Assembly (NCBI GenBank): GCA_008632985.1
Contig: QPGO01000110.1
Span: forward strand, 124,001 to 188,000
DNA length: 64,000 nt
Direction of reading: 5' to 3'
From: Psammoneis japonica
Taxonomy: Eukaryota
The position numbers and the translations under genes are program-made. Positions 12,901-24,852 of this stretch are shown piece after piece. Below the pieces are notes generated by a model. It was given only the letters and a program-made list of their open reading frames with translations, did no database searches and was not told the origin of the DNA. Within the stretch, counting starts at the first letter, position 1. Each line of letters begins with the position of its first letter.

Positions 12901-13087
12901 TGCCGGAGCGGATTCTTTGAGTGATTTGGTTGGGGAGTCGGCAGAAGCATTCGAGTGGATGGCACAACAACGAATGCTGGATGAGTGGCGGTCTCTAGTG
13001 GAGGCAAGATCGTTGCAACTCGAAGAGATGCGTCTTCAGCAGGAAGAGAGTCTCACAAGATACGGGACAGGACAATTTTCTGTCTGA
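9974..13087 (+). CDS. 1037-aa protein with Pro-rich 49-aa repeats, two RanBP2-type zinc fingers and a C-terminal coiled coil
   Basis: Long uninterrupted ORF; WPCSECAYVNGGSADKCALCG and WSCQTCTFVNQNALHLSCEMCG; E/Q/K-rich C-terminus. Confidence 0.85.
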   Translation: MYNSDTGRGGGGREKKKFFANNVYKPGGRNNSTTQNSHNQQRATQIRQQPIPLPNTRPAPAQNERRIGPNTMLYLKDSPSQISDLTLFTFAEADPPYQPPENNFTEEARTTAQEREETGIHIPGGASKSFSHAQEALDTDIVFSTGNNNMNSDPPESEQQPPGRWSNTLFRPGQEGPSQKGTDRRSNFKLETPPPPPETEPPAAAPSRPTTRHNIRLDNSSHLELPRQTATDRRPNFKLETPPPPPEAEPPGAAPPRPTARYNIRPDSSSHLELPRQTATDRRSNFRLETPPPPPEAERSAGATPHPKVRHGIRSDSSSHLELPRQTATDRRSNFKLETPPPPPEAEPPAAAPPRPKPRHDIQSDSSSHLELPRHTATDRRSNFKLETPPPPPEAEPPAAAPPRPKPRHDIQSDSSSQLEYAFERSFRSVDEPVSAIRPRYRPSRQGSFGRAENPPPPPPSGRKHTSGRGQSPPPQQQRKKELSPTRNRVVDQSIPSRHGEPDDGSARGPDDFQGRTAHATDAQISPGGRQGSGSRSPFGPHLFAPGSQRGRAVTKVDGLITSVVRVREPGDDTSEYTPSHHRRVASDPDALNVEPGEYENQNYRSEPQLRFNQYHEEIEVSLEPMPRVPESQTDETSSGSAKFYGGKPAARSLISDESRGKIEQPQEEGETEELEEKQRPSLLSIPRPPGEVASDESSTEAQGLRVEPSPLKAGISSSTGDSSLNYSTVGSGDELRIVSLPARPTSNRSLLSSPRGMRRSSFQSSMDITMDQSRADWPCSECAYVNGGSADKCALCGADVPDDVDAFNSSSSFRQWRSGDSVSRSPEDATDDGPWSCQTCTFVNQNALHLSCEMCGEPRTTSYENSLRLDDEAGAASGEGTQLTLELREKAKEKERILDLLAEQGKILTELQEMEAFKTSDNSNAVDQFQKEVAERGQQLDKIREELTQALEKEQEEQKMAEAEQQRKRSELLDNAGADSLSDLVGESAEAFEWMAQQRMLDEWRSLVEARSLQLEEMRLQQEESLTRYGTGQFSV
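10517..11232 (+). repeat. Coding tandem repeat, about 5 x 147 bp (49 aa: TDRRSNFKLETPPPPPEAEPP...SSHLELPRQTA)
   Basis: Unit starts at 10517, 10664, 10811, 10958 and 11105. Confidence 0.95.
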
Positions 13088-13183
13088 ATGTTTTCGATTT
13101 TGATTGGGAAAACAAAGAGTCGTGAATAAATTACTATACTTATAGCTCATAGCTACGCATGGAGGAGGCTTTGTTGCCATCCT

Positions 13184-14557
13184 CTATTCTTTCTCCCCCG
13201 AAGTGCGTCGAAATTCTCCCAACGCAGCCGAGAGTAGCAAGAATGCTACACCCATAACTGGGAGTGATTGAACATAGCTCTCTTGGAGGAGACAAGCAGC
13301 CGTGTTCAAAAAGATCGTCATGGGATAGGAGAGCGCAACGATATCAAACGCAAGATCCGTATCGTAGCCGTCCACTGTTTCGGAAACAGTATTCATTTGA
13401 CCAAATGCGATAATAGAGCATGCCGCTTGAGAACACAGAACCGCCGCAAGTCTTGCCTTTTCTGCCGCCCTTGGGATGCAGGTGATGAGGAAGAGTGACG
13501 TAAACAAACTTAGGAATCCGTGACGAGCCAGCAGGAGTCGCATGCAAAGTTTAACTCGTTCTCCCCCGACCTTGAGCTTGAGCCCAATGAGTAAGAATAA
13601 CACAGCCGTCTGTGCCGCAGCAAGGCTACCAACGGCATTTCCAACAAAACCTAGAGTTGCAACAGGCCGTCCCGCCGCAGCCAATCCTAGACCCGTTCCA
13701 ATGGCTAAATTAAACGGATCTTTAAACACCTTGAGCAAACGATCCAGCATGGATCCCTTGTCAACCTTTTCTTCTGCGCTGTCGGTGTCCTTCGGGACTC
13801 CGCGAAATTGCAAGTACTTTCGAATGAGAATCAAAATGTAGATTTTCCCAGGGATATCGGCCAGAGCGGCCAATCCGGGGAATTCGCCACCCACGAATTC
13901 CCTCACAAAGGAAAACACTGACAAGGCAGGAGCCATGGTTCCAAGCTGCATTGCTGCGGTCCGTCGAATGGTCCTACCCTCCTTTGTGTCTGCTTTCTTC
14001 TTGATGACGTAACGCGATGCGAGTTCTCCGGCTCCAATACAAGAAGAGGTGAGAACGAGACCCATCAAGACGACCTTGGCCATGTCTGCAGACAATGTGA
14101 GTGAGCTCAGCGAAGAAGCAATAATGGCTGGGACGAGAGCACTGAGTAAGAGGGCCGTGATGGCTTTGGGATCCAACTTGGATCGCAGAGCGGCACCGAT
14201 TCCTGCAATAACGCCTAGCTCTAGAACCTGCAACGTTGTAATAGCTCAAGGTGTCAGTAAAGCTTCTCGCTTGTCGATTTGCCGTATCAGTGGCAGAACT
14301 AGAAATACCTTTTGAACCCCGGCAGTGTGGTATGCGGTAGCAGCAATCGAGCCGATATCACCAATAGCAAGGGGAAGAGCAGTCGTAGACTGCGTTTTAC
14401 TACGTCTAGAAAAGGTCCGAGCCCCGACCAACGCGGTCGAGCCTAATCTGCTATTAAAACCATAGTGCTGGTTGTGAATGGCAGATGGTTGGAAGGCAGA
14501 TGTACCAAACGCCAAGAATAGAACCGAAAGCGCGACGGTGGCGACTCGAGAAGCCAT
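13184..14557 (-). CDS. Plastid-targeted multipass membrane transporter, AEC/auxin-efflux-carrier-like
   Basis: Signal peptide plus TSAFQP (ASAF-type motif). Intron 14228-14308 (AAG|GTATTT...TGCAG|GTT) joins to a 349-aa ORF with about 10 hydrophobic segments. Confidence 0.7.
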
Positions 14558-14847
14558 TGTCAACATTGAAATTGTGGCAAAAGCCGTGATGTCAACACTT
14601 CCCGCCAAAAAGGAAGTTCGCTGACGTACTGAATCTGGTAGAAAAGCGACGTAGCTTCTACGAGGGATTTCAAAATCAATATCCCGCCCAAATGGGCCCG
14701 ATCCAGATCAAAGGGTAAAGGGTAAAGGATAAAGCGGTGAAGTGAAGATCAAAAAAGTGAGGCGAAATAGCGGCGGAAGATCGAAGGCTCGAGAAAATAG
14801 TATGAGAAGAACGCAGGTAGGAGGAAGAGAGAATAGAATAGCGGAAG

Positions 14848-16602
14848 ATGATGAAATCAAGTGTCACGTCGAGCGGGGATGCCCCTAATGCTCCTCGCGG
14901 CAGGAACATTGTCGTGTGTTGTGATGGAACGGGAATTGGAGAAGATCACAGCGCGGGTGAAATCGTTACCCCAAGCAATGTAAGTTTTACACCTTCTTAT
15001 TAGTTTTGTTTATTACTATTGATGGTCTTACACTGTACTGTACGCCTTCATCTCTTTTTGCTCTTGTAATGTACAGATTGTTAAGATTTTTAACGCAGTT
15101 GATACGACGTCAGACTCCTTGGAACGTGAACAACTCGCCTATTATGAGCGAGGGGTTGGCTCGGTTGGAAACATTCTAACAAAGGCTGGGCAGGGGTTAA
15201 CTGGTTTCGGTATTGGAACTAAAATTACAATAATGTATCACTGGCTAGGCTTGCATTGGCGAGACCATAAAGATTCGGAAGAAGAAGATAGGCTCTTCCT
15301 CTTTGGCTTTTCTCGTGGGGCATTTGCTGTAAGAAGCTTGATGGGTATGATTTACAGGGTTGGGCTGTTGGATCTGACGGGGCTAAGTGGCGAGGAGTCA
15401 TCCAGACGTGCCACGATCGCTTTTGAAAAAGGTTACAAACTGCAAAAAGACAAGAGCACTTGGGCCAGAGGTTGGAAGTTTCACGGGGATGAGAATGGCC
15501 GTATCCCGACTCATTTCCTCGGAGCATTTGATACCGTCGGACAGTTGGGCTTGCCTCGGGAAACGTGGTGCCTTTGGACGTGCGGGGTACTTTGTTACTT
15601 CAAGCCCGGAAAGATTGCCTTCCACAGTGTTATTGTTAACGATATGGTCCGCACAGCTCGCCACGCGGTAGCCATGGACGAGATGCGCTCAACGTTTCAG
15701 CCGGTATTCTCGCGTGATCTCGCAACGACTGAAAGGGCCAAAGGACGAGACTTAAAGCAAGTTTGGTTTCCTGGTGGACATGCAAATGTTGGAGGTGGAG
15801 TTCTTGACTCGGGATTATCTGACGGAGCCTTGAAATGGATGATTGACGAAGCATCGAAAAAAGGGCTCCGGTTTCTGCCGAATATGTTGGCTCAGATCAA
15901 GCCAAACTTCCAAGGGAATATATTCTTAAAGCACGGGACGAATCTATACAAGAACCTCACATTCTATCCAAGATCTGTTCCAGCCGTAATTCAAGCGAAT
16001 TGTGAAGAGAGCATCCCTGACGCCGTTGAATCGATCCATGTTTCTGCTATTCAGCGGAGTGAAAATCCCCGAATCGAACAAGCGCCATTCTGGAATACGC
16101 ATTATCTTCAGGTTGGAGAAAAAATCGAGACGCTTCTGTTGGCAAACCAGGTCTACAATAATACTTGTGTTTATATGGAACAAGGTGCCACGTACGACAT
16201 TTCTGCAGACGGAATGTGGGTGGGCTAGGCAATAGTCCTTGTGGCCCGAATGGTTACGGAAAACTGACACTTTTGAAACGTCCAGGTGCTGCGCTTGCCG
16301 TAGGTGTTGGAAAGCTGGAACGAGGTTGGCGAAAAATGACTTGCAACGCAGAAGCACGCCTACCGTTTACTCGTCGTCATTTTGATTACCCTTGGTTTTC
16401 AGTTATGGGAATGATTTCCACTGGTGGTACTAGGAACGTAAAGTCTGAAGCGGATTTCCACACCGTCTTTGGCATTGGAGAGCACGTGGAATATCAAGTC
16501 GATAAACGCGGCGGATATCTCTATTGTTATGCAAATGACACTTGGGGACATTACGTCAAGAATAAAGGCACCATGGCCTTGGTAATTGAGAGGATCAAGT
16601 AG
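14848..16602 (+). CDS. DUF2235 / Tle1-like alpha/beta hydrolase (putative phospholipase)
   Basis: RNIVVCCDGTG...PSN, FGFSRGAFAVRSL, FLGAFDTVG, QVWFPGGHANVGGG. Intron 14980-15077. One-base frameshift near 16225. Confidence 0.85.
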
Positions 16603-16872
16603 CCTTATTCTGTCTTTCGCTTAAAAATACAAAGCACAACAGCAATTGTTGCTTTGCAGAATTCTATGTGGTCGCTGCTACACTTCATTAGTCCACTAGA
16701 GTAATGAATAATGTCATCTGGCAGCCAAGTTGCAGCCAGTAACGGAGTTCTGTTTGTCATTGTTATTGGTTTGCAGCCTTGCTATTCCGTCTGAATTTCC
16801 GTTCTTGGCGACGAAAGAAACGATTATCAAAGAGCCTTTTTCTAAAGTACAAAACAGGCATCCAAATTTTCA

Positions 16873-19184
16873 TCATTCTCTGCTGGACCTGCCGGTAAAG
16901 GCATAAGTCACAAAACGAGTGAGAAAGAGTTGACAGCGCATAGATGAGCAGATGCGTAGGCGGGAACTTACTCCGTTTTGTTCTATTGTATTTTTGGTCC
17001 ACCGTTTCGATCCACGCACATTTTTCGAAAGCTCCGAAGGAGAGGCTTTGCTGCGTCCAACACATTGTAATCTGGGCAGATCCGTCGTGACAGGCTTTCG
17101 ATACAAAGACAGTTCACGACCAGTGTTGGCGTAGTTGGCATCGATTCGGACATGGTGCTTTCGTATTAATCCAAGAACTCCACGAAGCACCTCACCAACA
17201 TCACAGAAGTACCGTATCCCTTACATCTTTCATCAAATAGAACCTCCATGTCGCTTGTAAATGCTTCACGTTGCACCCGTGTCATTGTACTGGTCTCATC
17301 CTCGAGCGAGAACCTGAGGGCAAACTCCCCTGCGGATCGTCCGTCGCCCTCTCCAATGGCAGAGAGTAACCCAATAAAATTCACACTCTCTTTCTGATTC
17401 AACTGTGCTACCATTCCGGCATCCACTAGAACAATGCCAAACTGTTCCCGCGGCGACAGCGATCTATGGTCTCTGGATCCTATTGTATCCAGCGCTCTGT
17501 AAGACGTCCTTCGTCGTGGCACTGGCGAATTGCGGTTGAGATCAATCAGCATGTTCCAGGGTGTAAATCCGCGTGCTGTGAATGGTGTGCAGCTTGAGCA
17601 AAAGCAGAAAGAAACAAAAGTATCAAGTGCATGCTTTGTTACTTACCATGAGGTTATCGACCAAGAGCATTTTGAGATATGTTGATAATCCCGTAGTAAC
17701 AATGAACTTGGCAAGGTTCGTCGGTACCAGCTGGTATCCTTCCCCTTCTTTAGGATGACTATCCGTATCGTCGTAGTCCATCACTTCCTCTACTGTATAG
17801 GTACCTTTCTCTGCTGCAAGATTTTCTGTTGCAATCGCGTCATAGTGATCCAACACGCTTGTAATGATTTTGCCGGATTCAAAGGTTTCGAAAATGACAG
17901 ACGAGCTCGCGTAAAAGGGTCTCGGAAACGAAACGTGCGGCCACTTGCGAAAGTTGTAATTCAACACTTCCAAATGATGCGCTTCAACATTTAAATGAGC
18001 CTGTGCCGCCATGGTGTGACTAAATTGCTCCACCGAATCCCGCACGTGTAGCCATCGCAAGGGGGCATGGCATCGACAAATTTTGCCAATAACGACATGA
18101 GTCGAAAGTCCATATCAATCAATTTGGCAACACGTGGATGTCGAACCTTAATTGCCACCAAGGTCCCATCATTCCCGTTGCCACTCTTGTCGCCTTTGAG
18201 AATTGCTCGATGGACTTGGCAATCGAACCAGATGCAATTGGAGTCGTATCAATGCATTCGAAAATATCTTCCATCGAGTCATAGGGCAAACCCAAACTCG
18301 ATTCAATCGATTTCTTTGTGAAAGACCACGAATGCGATGGAGCCTCACTGTGGAGTTGCGAGAGAGCATTGCATAACGTGGATGGAAACATATCTTCTCT
18401 TGTCGAGGCCCATTGACCTGAATAACAAAGGAAAAAACACGTATAAGAATCACAAAATGGTATTGCAAAAACTGATGCAAAAGCGAAAACCCTAACCCAC
18501 CCCATTTGATAAACGCGGGACCACTTGATGCTAAGCACGCCGCCATCCACTTGTACCAATAATTTTCTCGAAACTTGGGCCATATATAAGCTAACAGTAC
18601 AGTGCAGGTAATGGGTGAAAACTGAAATGTCAAACGAATCGCTCGAATCGCTAATTGAAGCGCCGTTGGATGTCCTTCGTCAATTAAATGCACCTGCTTT
18701 CCAGGATACAGCGGTGGAATAGACGGCACCAAGACCAAATCCAGATTCATGGGATCGGAAGGGAATATTTTTTCTCTGTGTCTTGCAAGGATGGAAAAGA
18801 TTCCTTCTGTCGTATCTCATCTTCGGAAAACGTCGTTGAGGATGGTGGCAATTCAACCGTTTCAGAACCATGCATGGAAAACACAACCGCATCGCCTCTC
18901 TTTCGGACCCACTTTTCAAAGTCACGAGCTCGATCTCCCGATTGCACGTGCTGCAATCGTTCATTGAGACAGTGCTTTACATACACAATTCGTTGTTGTT
19001 CTCGTCGTTGCTTTTCTGTTTCGGGATCCGCCAGCGCGGAAGCACCTCCGTTCAACACCGCAATCAGCGATTGTGTACCGCTTGCAGCGTGATGTTCAGA
19101 GGCACAAAAACAAGATCTGATTGCCTGCAAAATTATTATCCATACGAGTAGGGGCGCTGCACAGTGACTCTGATTTCTCTTCAT
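16873..19184 (-). CDS. ABC1/UbiB (ADCK) atypical kinase
   Basis: GPAFIKWGQWASTREDMFP, PIASGSIAQVHRA, VAIKVRHP, MLLVDNLM/HADLHPGNM, LVDAGMVAQL. Introns about 18419-18496 and 17577-17645. Several one-base frameshifts. Confidence 0.88.
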
Positions 19185-19548
19185 ATTATTGTGGCGCTCT
19201 CAATGCTTTCTATCTGTCGTTCCTCGTGTCGTCGCTTTTGATGATCATGGTCGCGTTCTCAAGATTTTGTGGCGCAGAGTTCGCATAAAAGATCACGCGC
19301 GCGAATGAACGCGCGCGGACTTCGCTTTCGCTGACGTCAGTCGTACAACATGAAATAAACGACGACGTGGATCGTTCACGACACATACATGTTTCGGCAT
19401 CTTCGGATAGGCACATCAACAGACAACTGCCAGGACGACACGTCAGTGGCATCATGAATCTGAATCATGAGCAAAGATCGCGATGATCAATGATCATGCA
19501 TCATTCGCTGCACTGAAAGAGTCTCTATAGCTAGAGGTAATCAAGACA

Positions 19549-20226
19549 ATGATGATTTCCACCAAGGCCGTACTATGCTTGATTGCTACAAGCGTTTGCT
19601 TGAACGGAGCTAGCGCTTATGTTGTAAGGACGCCGCCTCAAATGTCCACAACGACGAGCGACCGCCGACAGGTGATCAAAACTTCGTTTGCCGCGGCTGC
19701 TGCTTTTGTCGCTGGCGCTCCAGCGGCTCAGGCACTTGAGGCATGCCCCAAGAATTCGAAAAATTGCGTCTTTACTACATGGACACCTCCTAGCGGTACT
19801 AGCAAGGCCGACGCCGCCAAGTCACTCACGAGTGTGCTTGAAGCCTATCCGCAAGAGGGACAAGCCGACGTGGACGGTGGTGGATTTACCATTGTCGAAA
19901 ACGATCTTACTGGAAGTGGAAATGCACGAGTCGAGTACAAATCATCCGGAAAAGGAAATTTTGCCAAGTTTTTCAATGGAGGCAAGCCCTTTACGGATGA
20001 TCTGACATTGGAAATGGCAAGTGATGGTTCCGTCCAAGTCAAGTCGGCGTCCCGAGTTGGAGAATCTGACTTTGGTGTCAATGCCAAGGTGAGTTTTGAG
20101 TTTAAAAAAGAGCATGCGTCTGTTGTGCCTCTGCGTATTTCAAACGGACTGTTGCTTTGTTTCTTGTTGTTGTAGCGTGTTGACTACCTTGCGGCCGCCC
20201 TCAAAGAATTGGGATGGACTGCGTAA
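19549..20226 (+). CDS. DUF1499-family protein, probably plastid/thylakoid-lumen targeted
   Basis: Signal peptide plus ASAY, twin-Arg DRRQVI followed by AQA, ACPKNSKNCV, VKSASRVGESDFGVNAKRV. Intron 20089-20175; last exon ends TAA at 20226. Confidence 0.8.
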
Positions 20227-20336
20227 ACGGAAAACTATGAGATAGCTACTCTGCGGAATGAAACCCATACTGAATCATTATCCAATCGTCTTTAAATTCT
20301 ACGACATTTACTCTAATCTTTCAATATTCACCATCT

Positions 20337-21394
20337 TTATTCAGTATTCATATCTTCCGTCGCGTTGCTCCCGTCATACAACTCCCACGCTTTACAGGCC
20401 TTGTAGAGTAAAACAGGGTTCTTAGACGGACCACCAAACATGGTCATCAATTCGTGACTGTGAATCCGGTCCTCTACAATGACTACGCAATATGGCTTGT
20501 AGCAGCGCTCCACAATCCAATCGACGGCTTCCATGGATAGCAACTTGTCCTCCATGCTTGCATGGATATGAAACTTCCAATCATGCCCCGTCTGATACAT
20601 GCGGTACTGCGTTGCAAATTCGTCACAAACTTTTTCTTGCCATACTTTGGAAACACCAACCTGCACTTCAATGCCGGTAGCCTTGTCAACCTTTTCCATC
20701 ATGGCCAGAGCTCCTTCATACGTGTCTTGAAAGTCTTGTTCTGTCCAACCACCGTCCTCTTGTTCTTGTTCGCTTAGCAACTTTTTCAACAGAGACGGGC
20801 CCATGGATTTGAACGACAAGGGCAACATGAAGGACTTTATCGATCCCGCGACATGAAGCATCCAGTCTGGAAAATGCGATCCAAACTTGGCGACACCCCA
20901 AGCATGGGGACACGCCGTCGAAACAAAGGGTGCCAACAGCGTCAAACCGGCAAGTTGATACAGACAGTTACGCTGATCCCGTTGTTTGTCCTTTAACAAG
21001 TGACGAGCCAACTCCATAGCATACGGTGTCCAATACAGACTCCCAAAATGTAAATCTTTTTAATATCCTTTTCTGTCAGCAAAACTTCCAAAACATCATC
21101 GACGTGCGTTTTGATGCGGTGCATGACAATCTCATCCTGATGACGAGAATCAATACTCGATTCCCACGACGTGTTGGAACAGCCCGGTCGATTCACACTA
21201 ATCACTTTTGCCTTGACATTTATCAAGGCTGGAGCAAGACCCAACACTACGTCAGCGCATGCACCCAAGGGATAAAAGTAGACAATTGCCGAGTCGGTAT
21301 CCAACGATTCGTTTGAAATGCAGTATTCAATGGTTCGTGGAAGAGACTGTCCATGCTCGTCAAGCGCTGCAGTTTGTATTTCTCGTGTTGTCAT
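20337..21394 (-). CDS. Alpha/beta hydrolase fold protein
   Basis: ISVNRPGCSNTS, YILGVCIGHPYAMELA (after restoring one C near 21024), LTLLAPFV, terminal HSHE. Confidence 0.65.
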
Positions 21395-21850
21395 TGTTAA
21401 TTGTGGTAGTTGTTCGTTTTTGTTTTTGTTTTTTGTTATCAAGCAAGGTCAGTTTGTTGTTTTTGTTCTGTGATGTTCCCAGTTCCCATCTCCCGCTGTC
21501 TGCTGTCATGCGCGTCGTTGTCACCCGCTAACCACGACTGAAGACCATAGTAGGTTCCTCTACTCTCTAGCTAGAGACGATAATCAAAGTACTAATCATG
21601 GCGACAATGGAACTTCTAAACCAACTGCAAGAAGCTTCCTAGTATTTTGAAAGGTGGTGTTTCATAGTAGATGTACGATTGCATTAGTTCAAAGCACAGT
21701 TAAACAGTTAAACATACCGGTACTGCAAGCGATCGATTCATTATTACTATGACAATCACAGCTGTTGCTCATGAAGAGCACTTCAACTGCATTTTATTCG
21801 CACCAAGAAACACTCTAGTTTCATCTGCACCTCTCCAATTTCAGCTTTCG

Positions 21851-22375
21851 TTAGTTCACAACCGAACCGGGAGGAACATAGGGGTGCATTCCGTTGTAAA
21901 TGCTCACGGCCGTAAAGAACAAAAAGATAATCGCGGTTCCCTTGATCGAGTTCGTCTTTTTAAATTCTTCAATACGTTTCCTTGTTCCTTCCGGGTCGTC
22001 CGATTCGGCAATCGCTTGTTCCTCCCAATTCTTGTATCCCTTTTCCTTGCGTTGCTCTGCCGCTGCACGGAGCGCAAAGCCATCGGGATCCAAAAGAAAC
22101 TCTCCATAGCGATTTTCCGCTTGTTCTCGGGTGAGACGTTTCGTCTTCATGAGATTCTGAATCGTTGCTTCAACCTGTTTTGGGTTCTTCATCTTTTCCA
22201 TGGACAATGCCTGCTTTGGTCCAAAGAGCGCGAGAGAAGATGACGAGGAAGGTTTGTTATTGGTACCCGCGATCCTCAACGACGAAGACGTGGGTACAAA
22301 GGCATTCACAGAATGAATGTTTAGCGATGAAAACGCTACAAAGAGCGTAACGAGAAAGAAGAATGCCGTCGCCAT
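21851..22375 (-). CDS. Small plastid-targeted protein with C-terminal TM helix, unknown function
   Basis: Signal peptide plus VNAFVP motif, Ser-rich transit peptide ending LALFG, C-terminal hydrophobic segment. Confidence 0.75.
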   Translation of the reverse strand: MATAFFFLVTLFVAFSSLNIHSVNAFVPTSSSLRIAGTNNKPSSSSSLALFGPKQALSMEKMKNPKQVEATIQNLMKTKRLTREQAENRYGEFLLDPDGFALRAAAEQRKEKGYKNWEEQAIAESDDPEGTRKRIEEFKKTNSIKGTAIIFLFFTAVSIYNGMHPYVPPGSVVN

Positions 22376-22700
22376 GGTGAAGAAAGTTGCAGCTGCGGCC
22401 CAATGCGCCCGCAACGTCGCAACTGAAAAGAATGTACTGTGTATGATGTGGGATGTGAGAAAAGTGAAATCCAGAAGTTGCCGCCACGCACTCGCCTTCC
22501 ATAACGTTTAGGTGTTTGTGCTTTTTCAATTGATGACGTACTGTAAGTTGAAGCAGCACTAATAATTGATGACGTCTATTTAACCGTCGGTTTCTCGACG
22601 AAAGGTGAAGTGACAAGTGACCACATTCACATTATCAACATGCGGGCATGACCGCTGCGCTTCCGCATTGATCCCGTGCCGACAAGGCAATTGAAGCATC

Positions 22701-24852
22701 ATGCATGAACTTCCAGAACCCACATTTGTGTACAAGGTGAGTCTCAACCCTGCATGCAGTAGAATTACACGATCGAGGAAACATCTATAGAGTTAAGTTC
22801 TCTAACTGCGACAGACGAAACACATACCGTTTGTGTTTTCCATTTTTCATCATAGGCACCCCCTCTTCTTCCCCGTTTGACGACGAGAATGAAACGAATT
22901 TCCCCCCTCTGGATGGTCCTCAGGCTATTAATTTGGGCTCTTATGCGAGAGAACACGTCTCCAACGTTGCTGGTACTGGCCGTGCTTACTTTGATTTGGG
23001 ATTGCGACACATGCTTTGCTATCAACACGAGCTTGCCTCGCATTGTTTTCTTGCAGCACTTCATTTCAGTCCGGACTGCGCCTTGGCACACGGCTTGATT
23101 GCACTTTGTCATGCACCCAACTACAATTTCAAAGGCGAAGCGTACTATATAAGCACTCATCACGAGATTGCTGACGAGGAAGAATTGTTTCCCAGTCAAC
23201 AACTGGCAGACCGGCATTCCAGGCTTGCTATGGAGAAAATTGAGCAAATACGAAAACTTTATAAGGGTGGAAAGAAGGGCAAGAAGAAAAAGAAACAACA
23301 ACCGGTATCAAAATCGCAAGACCCTAAATCTCCTCAAATGATATCTGAGATTGAAACTCAAATCCTTGCAGCAATTCGTACCTTGACTTCCTGTCCTGGC
23401 ATTGACCCAGAATTGGCAGACGAAACCGTCGGACGACCGTACGCCAATTCCATGCGAAAGATATACCAAAAGTACCAGGACGATGCCGAAGTGGCGTACT
23501 TTTTTGCAGAATCGCTCTTGGTTTTGAATGCGTGGCAACTCTACGAGTACCCGACTGGAACGCCAAAGTCACCCGATGTGGATGAAACGCGAGCTGTCTT
23601 AGAGACGACCCTCCAACAACACCCAAATCATCCTGGTTTGTGTCACATGTATGTGCACCTGTCTGAAATGTCTTCGGATCCAGGAAAGGCGCTATCGGCT
23701 TGCGAAGGACTGAGAACGAGGTGAGTGCGCTGGCTCAGAATGTGTAACACTACTCAGGACATATTCTGTCGTTAGCCAGTCATAGAAGCTTACAGATACA
23801 TTTCGTCTATCCTCGCCCTATCCTTACTAAGCTTTCCACACGCGGGCCATTTGATTCACATGGCAACGCACATTGACGTCTTGGTCGGGGACTATGAAGC
23901 CACGGTGAAGTACAATCATGCTGCGATTCAGGCAGACTTGCATTGCATTAAATCGTCGGATGCGACCTGTGGTATGACGTCCTTTTACTTTGGGTACATT
24001 GTTCACAACTATCACATGCTTGTGTATGGCGCCATTTTGGGTGGAATGGAACAAATTGGTATGGACCTGGCCGCGGAGCTCAATACCAAGTTTTTGACAG
24101 AGGCCATGTTCATCGAACACCAGGATTTGGGCCTAGAGGCGTACTTGGAGGCCTACTCGGCCTTGGATGTGCATATTATGGTACGATTTGGTCGCTGGAA
24201 GGAAATACTCGAGTTGGAACTGCCACAAAACAAAAAGTTAATGTTGTTTCGGGCAGCTTCCATCTATTTTGCTCGAGGTCTAGCCCTTGCACAGCTGGGG
24301 GATATAGCTGCAGCCAAGAAGGAAGCGGATCGATACGATTCCATCCGTAATCAAAAAGAAGCAACCGAGCGCATCTTGCATAACAACCAAATAAGTGATT
24401 TACTGGCGGTTGATGCACCCATGCTTCGTGGAGAAATCGCATATGCCGAGGGGAATTATGACATTGCCTTTAAATTGCTTCGCAAAGCCGTTGCGTTGCA
24501 AGATGGACTGCACTTTGACGAGCCTTGGGGTAAAATGGTCCCGATACGCCATGCCCTTGGAGGTCTGTTACTAGAACAAAACCATGTCGAGGAAGCTACC
24601 GCCGTCTTCAAAGCTGACTTGAAGTTCCACCCTAACAATCCATGGGCCTTGGTGGGACTTATCTCTTGTTTAAAACGACAAATCAAATCATGCTGTAGTA
24701 GAACCGAAAGAAACTCGGGCAATGTGGAGTCTGAGATTTCGGAATTAGAAGACATCTTGGAGAAACAACGTCAATCCAAATGGGCGGATTACAGCGTCAA
24801 GGTTGCTTGTGCGTGCTGTCGGGCAGGTGAAACGTTAACAAATGGGCACTGA
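22701..24852 (+). CDS. TPR-domain protein of the type widespread in bacteria and fungi
   Basis: YFDLGLRHMLCYQHELA, HPGLCHMYVHLSE, GHLIHMATHID, YIVHNYHM, DLKFHPNNPWAL. Intron 23721-23830. First exon and start are uncertain. Confidence 0.8.

Noticed and set aside
2090..21030. Frameshifts in otherwise normal genes (about 2100, 3270, 16225, 17200, 18222, 18750, 21024) suggesting pseudogenes or programmed frameshifting
   Set aside because: Most are fixed by adding one base to a short G/C run, which is typical of long-read consensus errors. Short reads would settle it.
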